Below, in pieces: positions 13,863 through 23,990 of a stretch of 64,000 nucleotides of DNA. The translations under genes were made by a program, and so were the position numbers. The DNA comes from Carcharhinus amblyrhynchos (taxonomy: Eukaryota): the NCBI GenBank assembly GCA_965287045.1, contig OZ336872.1, positions 93,682,001 to 93,746,000 of the forward strand, given 5' to 3'. The notes under the pieces are model-generated. The model was not told the DNA's origin. It did no database searches and was given only the letters and a program-made list of their open reading frames with translations. Within the stretch, counting starts at the first letter, position 1. Every line of letters starts with the position of its first letter.

Positions 13863-14149
13863 TCTGTGCTCTCTTCCTCTGTAAGGAGAGAAATAGGAGA
13901 ATTGAGTGTTGGAAATGGCTTGTGTAGATAGCAGGGAAGAAAAATATTTGCTGAGGGTGACTGTGAGACTTGGAAATGAGAGAGGGATAGGAGGAGAGTG
14001 AATGAAATATTGGCTGTTGATGGGAATGAGAGGTACCTGGAGAGAGAGGAATGAATGGAACTGTGAAGTGAGTTATTCTGAGCAGTGATGTGCAGGAGAA
14101 TTCTGGGAATCCTCTTGAGGTCACAGATGCTGGTTTTCAGCCAATTTGA

Positions 14150-14850
14150 TTCACTCCATGTGATATCAAGAAATGACTGAAGGCACTGTGTACTGCAAAG
14201 GTTATAGGCCCTGACAACATTCAAGCCATATACTGAAGACTGTGTTCAAGATTATTAGCTGTCCCATGAGTCAACTGTTCCAGTACAGCCACAACACTAG
14301 CATCTACCCAGCAATGTGGAAATTTTCCCACTATTTCTTGTCCACGAAAATCAGGTCTATTCCCAGGCTAATTACTGCCCTATCAGTTTACCCTTGATCA
14401 TCAGTAACATGATGGTAGATGTCCTTGACAGCAATTTCAAATGACACTTACTACAATAATCTGTTCGCTGATGCTCACTTTGGGTTTTGCCAGTGTCGCT
14501 CAGCTCCTGATCTCATTACAGCTTTGGTTCAAGAATGGACAAAAGAACTGAACTCAAGGTGAGGTGAGAGTGACTGCCCTGGACATCAAGGCAGCATTTG
14601 GTCGAGTATGGCATCAAAGAGCTCGAGCCAAATTTGTCAATGACAATTGTGTAGAAAACTCTTCACTGTTGGAATCATATCTAGCAAAAAGGAAGATAGT
14701 TGTTGTTGTTGGGCGTGTCATCACAGACCTAGGACTCCATCAAGGTAGTGTCCTAGGCCCAAACATCTTCAGCTGCTTCATCGATAGCCTTCTCTCTATC
14801 CTAAGATCAGAATTGGGGATGTTTGTGGATGATTGCACAATGTTCAGTAT
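14150..14850 (+). mobile_element. Old CR1-group LINE reverse transcriptase fragment (5' part)
   Basis: Degenerate RT motifs: GPDNI, NYCPISL, ALDIKAAFGRVWH, QGSVLGP, MFVDDCTM (YADD-equivalent). Stops and frameshifts occur upstream of 14564. Confidence 0.85.
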
Positions 14851-15576
14851 TGTCCTTGTGCATGAGTCGCAAAAACCCAGCTTGCAGGTGCAGCAGGTGG
14901 TCAGGAAGGCGAATGGGATGCTGGCCTTCATAGCGAGGGGGATTGAATATAAAAGTAGGGAGGTCTTGCTGCAGCTGTATAGGGCATTGGTGAGGCCGCA
15001 GCTGGAGTACTGTGTGCAGTTTTGGGCGCCGCACCTGCGCAAGGATATTTTGGCCCTGGAGGGAGTGCAGAGGAGGTTTACTAGGCTGATACCGGAGTTG
15101 AGGGGGTTGAGCTATGAGGAGAGGCTGAATAAACTAGGCTTGTACTCGTTAGAGTTTAGAAGAATGAGGGGAGATCTCATTGAGACGTATAAGATGATGA
15201 ATGGGATGGATAGGATAGAGGTGGAGAGACTCTTCCCGCTCAAAAAAGACAGTAGGACTAGGGGGCACAGCCTCAAGATAAAGGGGAGGCGGTTTAGAAC
15301 GGAGTTGAGGAGGAACTTCTTCACTCAAAGGGTGGTGAATCTCTGGAATTCTCTGCCCGTTGAAGTGGTGGAGGCTGCCTCGCTAAATATTTTTAAGAAG
15401 CGGGTTGATGGGTTCTTGATAAAAGAGGGGATTAAGGGTTATGGGGAGAGGGCGGGAAAGTGGAACTGAGCCACGACAGATCAGCCATGATCTTATTGAA
15501 TGGCGGGGCAGGCTCGAAGGGCTAGATGGCCTACTCCTGCTCCTATTTCTTATGTTCTTATGTTGTTCTTATGTTC
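14851..15576 (+). mobile_element. Young 5'-truncated CR1 (HER1-like) LINE 3' end nested in the older LINE
   Basis: Uninterrupted CR1 ORF2 C-terminus (KANGMLAFIARGIEYKS...LVRPQLEYCVQFW...RRMRGDLIETYK...FFTQRVVNLWNSLP), 3' UTR gatggcctactcctgctcct and (TTCTTATG)n terminal repeats. The host LINE resumes at about 15577. Confidence 0.92.
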
Positions 15577-16060
15577 ATGACTTGTCAGATACTGGAGTAG
15601 TCAGTTTCTGTATGCAACAAGATCTGGACAACATTCAGGCTTCAGTTGATAAATGACTAGTTACTATCACACCAAACAAGTGCCATGCAAATACCACCTC
15701 CAACAAGAGAATCTAACTGTTGCAGCAACAAGGGCGGCACGGTGGCACAAAGGGACATGGGTTCAATTTCTGGCTTGGGTCGCTGTCTGTGCAGAGTCTA
15801 CATGTTCTCCCTGTGTGTCCATGGGTTTCGTCTGGGTGCTCCGGTTTCCTCCCAAAGTCCGAAAGACGTGCTGGTTAAGTGCATTGGCCATGTTAAATTC
15901 TCCTTCAGTGTACCTGAGCAGGTGCAAGAATGTGATGATGAGGGGATTTTCACAGTAACTTCATTGCAGTTTTAATGTAAGCCTACTTGTGACACTAATA
16001 AAAAAAAACTCAGCAAGAGTCCTTCAACAGCACCTTTCAAAGCAGCAGCCTTTACCACGA
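15577..16060 (+). mobile_element. Continuation of the old CR1-group LINE (split again by a SINE)
   Basis: MQQDLDNIQASVDK follows the YADD region in LINE RTs. cagcaagagtccttcaacagcacc after 16010 is a further piece of the same family. Confidence 0.65.
15732..16009 (+). mobile_element. HE1-related V-SINE, alternative tail type
   Basis: gggcggcacggtggcaca head, V-domain, tail ...gcctacttgtgacactaataaaaaaaaa. Confidence 0.88.
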
Positions 16061-16519
16061 TTATAATCCTGCCTGGTTTCCTTTGACTTTATGAGAAAGG
16101 AAAAGCAGGCCGGTGTATAATAGATGGACTACTGGCTGCTGACAAGTTTTGTGCCTCCATGAGTGTTGACAATTGTTTAACCCCATACAGAATCCTGAAC
16201 AATTGAACATCTTCCCAAGTCTTCTCGACTTCATGTTCAACAATCTCAGAATTTTTAGTGTCGCCTCACAGCTTAGATGTTTTCAAGCTAGGTATCCATT
16301 TGGTTGCACTCCCTTCAATGTCCAGAAAGATAGTTATTTTTGTCCAGTATTTATATCTACAGTTTAAATTTACCCCCCCCCCCAAGGCCCGTGATCTGGT
16401 ACAGTATACAGGAATTTTGTAACATTTGTACATTTAAAATTAAACTATATTGAGCAACAATTTGAAAATCATCACAGCTACGTTCTGCAGTGAAAGTGTG
16501 GGCTGGGGTCATTACGTTA

Positions 16520-17000
16520 ATTTTGGGCAGGAAGGATGTCAAAGCCTTGGAAAGGGTATAGAAGAGACTTACTATGATGGTACCAGGCATGAGAGATATC
16601 AGTTATGCGGAGAGATTGGAGAAGCTGGGGTTGTTTTCTCTGGAGCAGGGAAGCCTAAGGGGGAAATTTAACGGAAGCATTTAAAATCATGAATGGTTTT
16701 GAGACAATAAATAAGGTGAAGCTGTTTCTGCATGACAGAAAACTCAGAAGCGGAGGACAAAGATTTAAAGAGATTGGCAAAGGAACCAGAGGCGCCATGA
16801 GGAAATAATTTTTATACAGTGAGTCGCTGTAATCTGGAATGCATTGCTCGAACGGTGGTGTAGAGAGCTTTAATAGTAATATTCAAAACAGATTGATAAA
16901 TACTCAGTAGAAAAGAAAAAGCTGTGGAATACAGAGAAAGAGCATGGATGTGGGATTAATTGGATCGTCTTGCTAAAAAGCTGGCATAGCACCATGGCTA
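16520..17000 (+). mobile_element. Degenerate CR1 LINE 3' fragment
   Basis: aaggatgtcaaagccttggaaagggta, gagagattggagaagctggggttgttttctctggagc and tggaatgcattgc correspond to CR1 ORF2 C-terminal motifs (ERLEKLGLFSLE, WNAL). Confidence 0.8.
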
Positions 17001-17794
17001 AATGTGAGTAATCATTCCATAATTATTTAGAATTTTGAAGACTGCAGTGATTCCAGTTATAAACTAGTTAAAATTCATCATGATTCAAAGAAATGCCTGC
17101 CAACCTAAACAAACTGATAATTCTTTTCTTAAAGTAAGCAAGCATCATTTACACTTATGTTCACCCTGCATCAATAATCAGATAGAGTCCAGGAATACTT
17201 ATTCCAGATTCACTAACTTGAAACTGAAGGGCTAGATTTTTTCATATTTCCATATTGAGACTTGCCCCAAAGGGAACCCAGGTAGTATTTTTAGCCCCTG
17301 ATTGGGCGCGAAGATTTGCGCTGCTGGTTGGTGTTTCAGCTTGCCAGCATCATCCTGTCTCTGAGCTATTTTCCTGGAGGTTAGCTGGGGTGGAAAATGA
17401 TAGGGCTACCTATAGGCAAGTGGTAAGCAGATAATTAATCGGAACGAAAATCCAATAAAGGCTATTGACAGAGGCTGGTTCCGACATCCACCCCAGCCAT
17501 CTAAGGCATTGGATACTAGGTCAATTGCCTATTGACATCCTCCTGGTGCTAGACTGGCAGTGAGGAGAGGGACTACTTTTCAGGTAGGCTTTGACATCCC
17601 ATTTGTCTAGCTGCAGCCCGAAGCCTTCCTCTATAATGGTGGCCCAGCTGCTGTGCCTATTTTTTTATGTAAAAGTTTAAAAAATTAGGGAGAGGTAACC
17701 TCCGTTCTGAGGCATTCTTTTTTCCATTCTGAGCCCCCCTCTCTCCATCTTAACTGAAGAGGCAGCCTACTACTACTTTATTTACTTTGTTCTT

Positions 17795-18117
17795 TCAAGG
17801 CCAGCATTTATTGCCCAAATCTATTTGCATTTGAAATAAATGGCTTGCTGGGCCATTTCAGAGGACAGTTTACAGTTGACCTATGGATTTGGAGTCATAT
17901 GTCGATCTCGCTGGGTACAGCTGGCAGATTTCCTCCCCAGAGGACATCAGTGAAATATCAATGATACCTTAATGGTCGTTATTTCCCAGACTAGCTTTCA
18001 ATTCTAGATATATTTATTGAATTTAAATTCAAACAGAAGCCATGGTGGACACATGTTCCCATCTTGGCCTTCTGTATTACTCGCCCAGTGACATTACTGC
18101 TACCCCACAGTCTCCCA
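17795..18117 (-). mobile_element. tRNA-derived SINE, same family as 11921-12165
   Basis: Shares aggccagcatttattgccc...tggcttgctgggccatttcagagg...ccagtgacattac with the 11.9 kb copy. Confidence 0.6.
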
Positions 18118-19027
18118 TTATTGTGTCCAATTGGTCCTCCAGCTTTGAAAATCCACCCACCATCCTTTGATGGCCAATTCTGGAAAAACCACTGCTGGGT
18201 TACTTATCTCCACCCTGTGTCAGGTTGAGACCCCCATTTAATGCTGACATTGAGGCCCCAATACAAAATCTCAAGTCCTGTTTCTGGTCAATAACGAGTC
18301 CCAGGATTTTTAAACTATCCATTACGGGACAATTAGTTATTTACTTGTATGTCCCCTCTGTGAGTAAAATATTTATTGCATTGTTAATAAATCTTATGGA
18401 CAAGGAGTTAGAATGGATTTTTAAAAACAGCAGGGATATAGATCATGTCTTCTTAAATATATTTCTACACAACTGCAGGAGATGCAACATCTACCACTTT
18501 ACCTCCTCCCTTCTCACTTTCCAAAGCCCCATACAATCCTTTCAGGTGAAAGAGTGATTTACTTTGTGCTTCTTTCAATTTAGTCTACAGTATTCATTGA
18601 TCATCCTTTACTTTGGGGACACCAACATAGTCTGGATGACTGCTCCACAGATCACCTCTGTTCAGTCAACCAACATGACACTGAGCTTCCTGTTGCCTGC
18701 CATTTTAATTCTCCACCTTGCTCTTACTTTAACCTTTCTTTCCTTGGCCTGCTGTATTGTAAAAAGTCTGACAACACCAGGTTTTAGTCCAACCGATTTA
18801 TTTGATAGTAAACGCACAAGCTTTCGAGGTTTCCCTCTTCGACAGGTGAATGGAGAGTTCTGGCCTCAGACAGAGCATATAAAGCACAGACAGTTTAGAG
18901 ATTACTGATTAGAATGCGAATCTTTACACCTAACCTGCTGTTCAAGTCCTAAAGTGGCCGACAATGTGAGTGGAAGGAGCACTGATCACAGGTTAAAGAG
19001 ATGTGTATTGTCTCCAGACAGCACAGT

Positions 19028-19487
19028 GACGCGGGCCATCTTCAAGTTTATCTGGACATCAAAGATGGATCGCGTCCGGAGGGAAGCGATGCACAAATCT
19101 CCAGAGAATGGAGGGAAAAACGTTCCCGACGCTGCCCTCATCCTGATGGCTACCTTTGTGTGCAGCTGCATCAAGCTGTGCATAGATCCTCGGTACACTA
19201 ACAGCAAGTGCCACTTTTTTTTGAGGTTCTACCTGTCCCGAGTGTTGCGAAGGATGGGTCTGGCCACACTGCCGCGGAACGCTCCGAGTAGTTGGACCGT
19301 ACTGCAGCACCTGTCCTTCGTGGAGAAATTTTTCTGCAAACACACCTTTGACCACACGGCGATTAAGCAGTGGTCAGCGCATAACGTCCTTGGGGCCCTG
19401 AGAGAAAAGGAGACGGCGGATCCTGTCGGATGGTTCCCTGAGCAGACTGTCAGTGTCATCTGGCAGAATGCCTCATCACCAGAACTG
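19028..19487 (+). mobile_element. Tx1/L1-clade LINE ORF2 internal fragment (post-RT region)
   Basis: Open frame TRAIFKFIWTSKMDRVRREAMHKSPENGGKNVPD...IWQNASSPEL. F.F.W...V.....GG..VPD is the L1/Tx1 post-RT signature. The segment is rich in GC and CpG and has no LINE 3' end. Confidence 0.8.
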
Positions 19488-19666
19488 ACTGTGCTGTCTG
19501 GAGACAATACACATCTCTTTAACCTGTGATCAGTGCTCCTTCCACTCACATTGTCGGCCACTTTAGGACTTGAACAGCAGGTTAGGTGTAAAGATTCGCA
19601 TTCTAATCAGTAATCTCTAAACTGTCTGTGCTTTATATGCTCTGTCTGAGGCCAGAACTCTCCATT

Positions 19667-19700
19667 CACCTGACGAAGAGGGAAACCTCGAAAGCTTGTG
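19667..19700 (+). ncRNA. Minimal (Penelope-type) hammerhead ribozyme motif
   Basis: CAC-CTGACGA-A-GAGG gaaa CCTC-GAAA-GC-TT-GTG: intact CUGANGA and GAAA cores, 4-bp stem II with GAAA loop, palindromic AGCT stem III, CAC/GTG stem I. Activity is untested. Confidence 0.8.
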
Positions 19701-20245
19701 CGTTTACTATCAAATAAATCGGTTGGACTAAAACCTGGTGTTGTCAGACTTTTTACCATGTTTACCCCAGTCCAACGCCGGCACATCCACATCATGACTG
19801 CTGTATTGTTGCAGTGAAGCTCAGCACAAGTTCAATGAACAGTATCTCATCCTTTGGGCACTTCGCAGTCTTCTGGACTCAATGTTCATTTCAACATTAT
19901 TAGATTATAATGTCAGCATACCTTCTGTCTTTTAATTTTCTTTGCTGTTTCTGTTGTGCTTGATTCGCTCTGATTTTCGTCAATTTCCTTTCAACCAACA
20001 GTTATTCAATTTGTTGCCATTCACACCTCCTCTAAAGGACATTACTTGACGTGTTACCATTCCTTTAGATCTTGCACCATGAAACCTTGTGTCACTGAAT
20101 CTCTCTTGCCTTCAATCTATTACAGATTTTCCCTTCTGTTCTTCTTCCCACTTGCATCTCCCTTCAACATCTTCCATTTGCTCAAGACCTATTATATTTT
20201 TTAACAACTGCCAGTTCTGATGAGAGATCACAAACCTGAAACCTT

Positions 20246-20913
20246 GGGCCAAATTTTCTGAGGAGTGGCATTCACTGTTGGTTTGCTATCCCACTCCTGT
20301 TTATTTTTGCACTAAAATGGAACTGTGCATTTCTAGCTTGGACTTCCAAACTTGGCCTCTTCAGAAATGTGAAGCGTACTTATTCTTGGAGCCCTTCCTC
20401 ATGATGCAGAATAATCAGGGGAAGCCAAGCTATGCCCCTCTTTAATAGCACTAGCTGAAAAACATTTGGACATTTAAATAACCTTTCAATGTGTTAGTGA
20501 ATGAGTGTGAATGAAGTTAAGTGGGTCAGGTAGCAGGGTGGGTAGGGTGGCAGCATGGTTGTTAGGTTAGGTCAAGGTGAGTTGGAGGGTTGGGGAGGGG
20601 AGGGAGCCGTGAAGGGCATTTGGGCTTTGGGGCCAGCTGTCCAGTTTCCCAGAGGTTAGACTCAATTTTTTCCTAATATTTCCTGGATAACTATCCAGGT
20701 AAGTAAGTCAGAACCCTCTGAAGTCTTCAACTCTAACTCAAGGGTAGAAAACTTTTTTGGAGGTCCCCAGAGAAGCAGGAGAATTGCCCATCAGAAGTTG
20801 AAATTTCCAGGCAATTCACATAGAGTTCTTGCATTGGGACTTGCGAGCACTCTGGCAGTGCATCCTCTGGGGTATGACCTGCCAAGTGTTTCCAGCGTTC
20901 TCTGATTTTAGCC
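20246..20913. mobile_element. Probable Harbinger-type non-autonomous DNA transposon remnant
   Basis: Degenerate termini gggccaaattttc and gattttagccc resemble other GGGC..ATTT / AAAT..GCCC elements in the window. Confidence 0.35.
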
Positions 20914-21605
20914 CAATGTAAATTGTTCATTCATGGTGATTCTCCCTCTACAAATTCTTTGGTCTGAATGAAGCTTCCACTCATTTTTAGTCAATATGTA
21001 TAATCTGTACAAAACATGCCCATTTACAATGAGCTCTCCATAAAAGGAGTGGAATCCAAACATTCTGGCTTGGTGTACTACTTTGTTTCTTTGAACCATG
21101 TGTAAAAATGGCAATGCTATCACCTTTGACAGGCGACAGGAAGCTCGGGATCATGTTTGCAGACTGAGCGGGGGAGATGTTTTGGCTGATGCAAAACCAT
21201 TGTCCGAACTGATAATCTCGACTAAATTAAAATCTTGTGTAGTTAAATGGACTCACAAAAGCTTATCTCCAGTTAAGATTCTGACTTAAATTTAATTACG
21301 CTTTTTTTTAACGTTGGAATGTATAAAGGTATCCCTTATCAATTTAAGCTGTTGAATTTGGCAGGTCTGCTAAATTAATTTGCTTTCTTTATATATTTTA
21401 ATACTACAGAATGCACTTGTTTAAACTTGGCAGATCAGGGAACAGATTTTTCAGAATCCTGGCCTCTCCAAATTCAGACAGCAGCATGCAATTTATAACT
21501 GGAAACAGAAGTGGGTGGATAACTGTTAAAGGAGAGCAGGTCAGCAGGCTTTTATGCGTTAATTTGCTGAAGTTCAGGTGGCATATCTGGGACATCCTGG
21601 ACTAA

Positions 21606-23190
21606 AGTAAATCCTTCGGCATAAAGTGTCTACTTACAGGGAGTCTCTTTCATATTCTGTGTTTACAGTAATCCACAACTGCAAAATATTCTATTAAAGG
21701 TCAGCTCCTTGTATAAAGCTTATTCACAGTAAATCCCCTTAAATAATGTGCCAATTCAGTGAATCTGCCTGTTATAAGAAGAGTCCATTTACAATGAAGT
21801 TGGCAACCCATGTACAATAAACCGATTCCCTCTCTCCCATATAACTAAAGAAAACAGCTGTCCATACAGTCCGCTACAGTTGATTCTCTATCGTGTTAAC
21901 TGCGAATCCCAGTGCCACATTGAATCTTCTGGCAACAGAATGTAAATTGGAAATCCCATGTGTAAGTATCCATTTACACTGAGCTTTTCTTCTGTGTTAA
22001 GTCCCTGTTTATGTGAATTTCCCGTGTAAAGGCTCACTATGGGTGAATCCCTATTGAAAATGTTGAATTATTGAATCTTCCTATTCAGTGCCCACTTAGC
22101 AGTGAGTTTGATTTGCACTGTTTATTTACAGTAAACCTCCTCTCAATGAAACATTTTCTTAAAATGCATCTTGACAGTGTATCTCCCTGTATAAAATAGC
22201 ATGTTTATATTGAGCCTCCCTGCTTAATTTGGATAGGGTGTGTCTGCTGATTGTGAGGCTTCCTTCAATAAAATATCTCTGTGTACCCCTGTATAGTATA
22301 CTGAATAAGTGAATCTCCATGCCATATAAAGTATCTATTCACAGTGAGTTCACTTTATATTGAGTGCCCATTTATAAAACATTCTTCCCATAAGCACCCC
22401 AGTAAAGTGAATTGCTCCTGTATAAATGGTCTATTTGCAGCAAACCTCCTGTGGAAATTGTCAATTTATAATAAATTGCCTGTATAACTTGCCCACATAC
22501 AATAACTTGCATGGGTTATTACGTGTGCATGCCAGGAGATTTGCTGTAAACTGACACTTTATGCCAAGGGATAAACTCTCTATAAATGAGCATTTTATGT
22601 AGGGAAGTTTTACAATGAATGCACACTTCAGGCAGAGAGGGAAACTGTAAATGAAGAGTGCAGTTTTGTTGAAACTCCTCCTTGTAAAGTTACTATTTAT
22701 AGTGATTTTCCCTCCTTGCTTGTATCCTCTTGTGGAGAAGAGCGTTACTGGAGGACATCAATTTAGGATAGTCACCAACAAATCCAACAGGGAATTCAGA
22801 AGAAACTTCTTCATGAAAAGAGTAATAAGAGTGTGGAATTTCAAGCACACAAAGTGGTTGCAATGAATCAAAGCATTTAAGGGGAAGGCAGACAAGCAAG
22901 TAATGGGGTAGGAATTGAGGGTTCCAATGGTAGATTTAGATGAGAAGAGATTTAATTGGAGCATAAACAACGACATGGACTGGTTGAGTTGACAGCCCAA
23001 TATCCAATGTAATCTTATGTAATTAAGTAAGCTTATTAATATTCTTTAATGTAAACTGCCTGCTCACAGTAAATTCTTGTGCTGTATTAAATATCCTTTT
23101 CCAAAAAGTTTCCCTTTATAAATTGTCCATTTGCTGTGAATTCCAGTGTGCAAAATTGCACATGCTAAATGTCATCCACTGTATGTAGGT
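21606..23190. repeat. Highly diverged minisatellite of about 30-33 bp period, interrupted by a CR1 fragment
   Basis: Recurrent unit approximating AGTGAATCTCCCTGTATAAAGTGTCCATTTAC, e.g. at 21606, 21728, 21758, 22308, 22406 and 23068. Confidence 0.7.
22718..23025 (+). mobile_element. CR1 LINE 3' end fragment
   Basis: LYPLVEKSVTGGHQFRI..REFRRNFFMKRVIRVWN, followed by a CR1-like 3' UTR ending aatcttatgtaat. Confidence 0.8.
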
Positions 23191-23779
23191 TTGAGAGGAA
23201 TGTATTTGCTCTATTTTAAAATTGTGCACCACAGGCTGGATTTTAGTGGCATGTTCTCCGCTGGGGGAGTGGGTGGGGCCATGTAAAATCTGAAGGGTAG
23301 CAAGTTCACTATCTTTGTACCCCTTTCCGAGCTTCTCCCTATGTTATGATAGGTGGGGGATTGGGAGGTGCTGGAAATAGGCAGCCCACCAGGGCATTTT
23401 AAAAAATAAATAACTAATGGTTAATTGAATGTTACCAGGCCAATAGACTGGAATAATATGCTGCCCATGCCATAAAACAGTTAGTGTGGGCAGTCTTTTT
23501 AAAAAGGTAGGCCATGGATGTGGGAGTTGGGGGTTTGGGGAATATTCTTCATAGGATGTGCTGTGAATTGGAGTAACCCCCTCACCCTTAAAATGGTAAC
23601 CCATCTTTGTTCCTCCTTTCCCAGCTTCCAAGAGCTGCTCCTCCATTGCCCCCCTTCCAGCAGCTGCCCAATTTGTCCTTGCCCTATAAAACAAGGAACC
23701 TACCTGGTTCCAGGATCTACATGGGCCTGCTTGTCGTCCCAGCAGCTTCTGCCACTGAGCTCTGGTACTGCCCTTGGCT

Positions 23780-23990
23780 CAGTAAGAAGTCTCACAACAC
23801 GAGGTTAGAGTCCAACAAGTTTATTTGATAGTAAACCCACAAGCTTTCAGGGTTTGCCCCTTCTTCAGTTGAGAGTCAACCCCGAAAGCTTGTGGGTTTA
23901 CTATCAAATAAACTTGTTGGATTATAACTTGGTGTTGTGAGACTCCTTACTGTGTTTACCCCGGTCCAACGCTGGCACTTCCACTTCATG
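23780..23990 (+). mobile_element. Short Penelope-type inverted-repeat element, same family as 18759-19797
   Basis: About 75-bp inverted arms (from 23780; to 23952), 38-nt tail tgtttaccccggtccaacgctggcacttccacttcatg, 13-bp TSD ACTGCCCTTGGCT at 23767-23779 and 23991-24003. Confidence 0.88.
23838..23871 (-). ncRNA. Minimal hammerhead ribozyme motif (antisense arm)
   Basis: Minus strand reads CAA-CTGAAGA-A-GGGG caaa CCCT-GAAA-GCTT-GTG. The cores are intact and stem I has a mismatch. Confidence 0.6.

Larger units (their letters stand above)
18759..19797 (+). mobile_element. Young non-autonomous Penelope-type element with inverted pseudo-LTR arms, 3' tail and foreign LINE cargo
   Basis: Arms 18759-19027 and 19488-19756 (269 bp, one mismatch), unpaired 3' tail 19757-19797, direct repeat CTGCTGTATTGT at 18749-18760 and 19798-19809, hammerhead motif in the arms. 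Confidence 0.88.
18470..20243 (+). mobile_element. Old Penelope-like element 3' part (GIY-YIG endonuclease plus 3' region), split by a younger insertion
   Basis: Degenerate translation CRRCN..FTSSLLTFQSP..SFQVKE*FT..SFNLVYSI..LYFGDT..DHL.SV..LPVACHFNSP, resuming after 19798 as LLYCCSEAQHKFNEQYLI..SGLNV. This fits the Penelope GIY-YIG domain (VY.I..YIGET, H, E, GLN). A decayed hammerhead lies at 20217-20241. Confidence 0.85.

Noticed and set aside
18954-19561. Mirror-image ORFs on both strands (191 aa and 110 aa) with identical N-termini as a novel gene pair
   Set aside because: They are a by-product of the 269-bp inverted arms. Only the central 460 bp has protein-like content, and it is LINE-derived.
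21606-23190. Periodic array as a CRISPR-like locus
   Set aside because: The context is a eukaryotic intron, the units are degenerate head-to-tail repeats with no constant repeat and unique spacer, and there are no cas genes.
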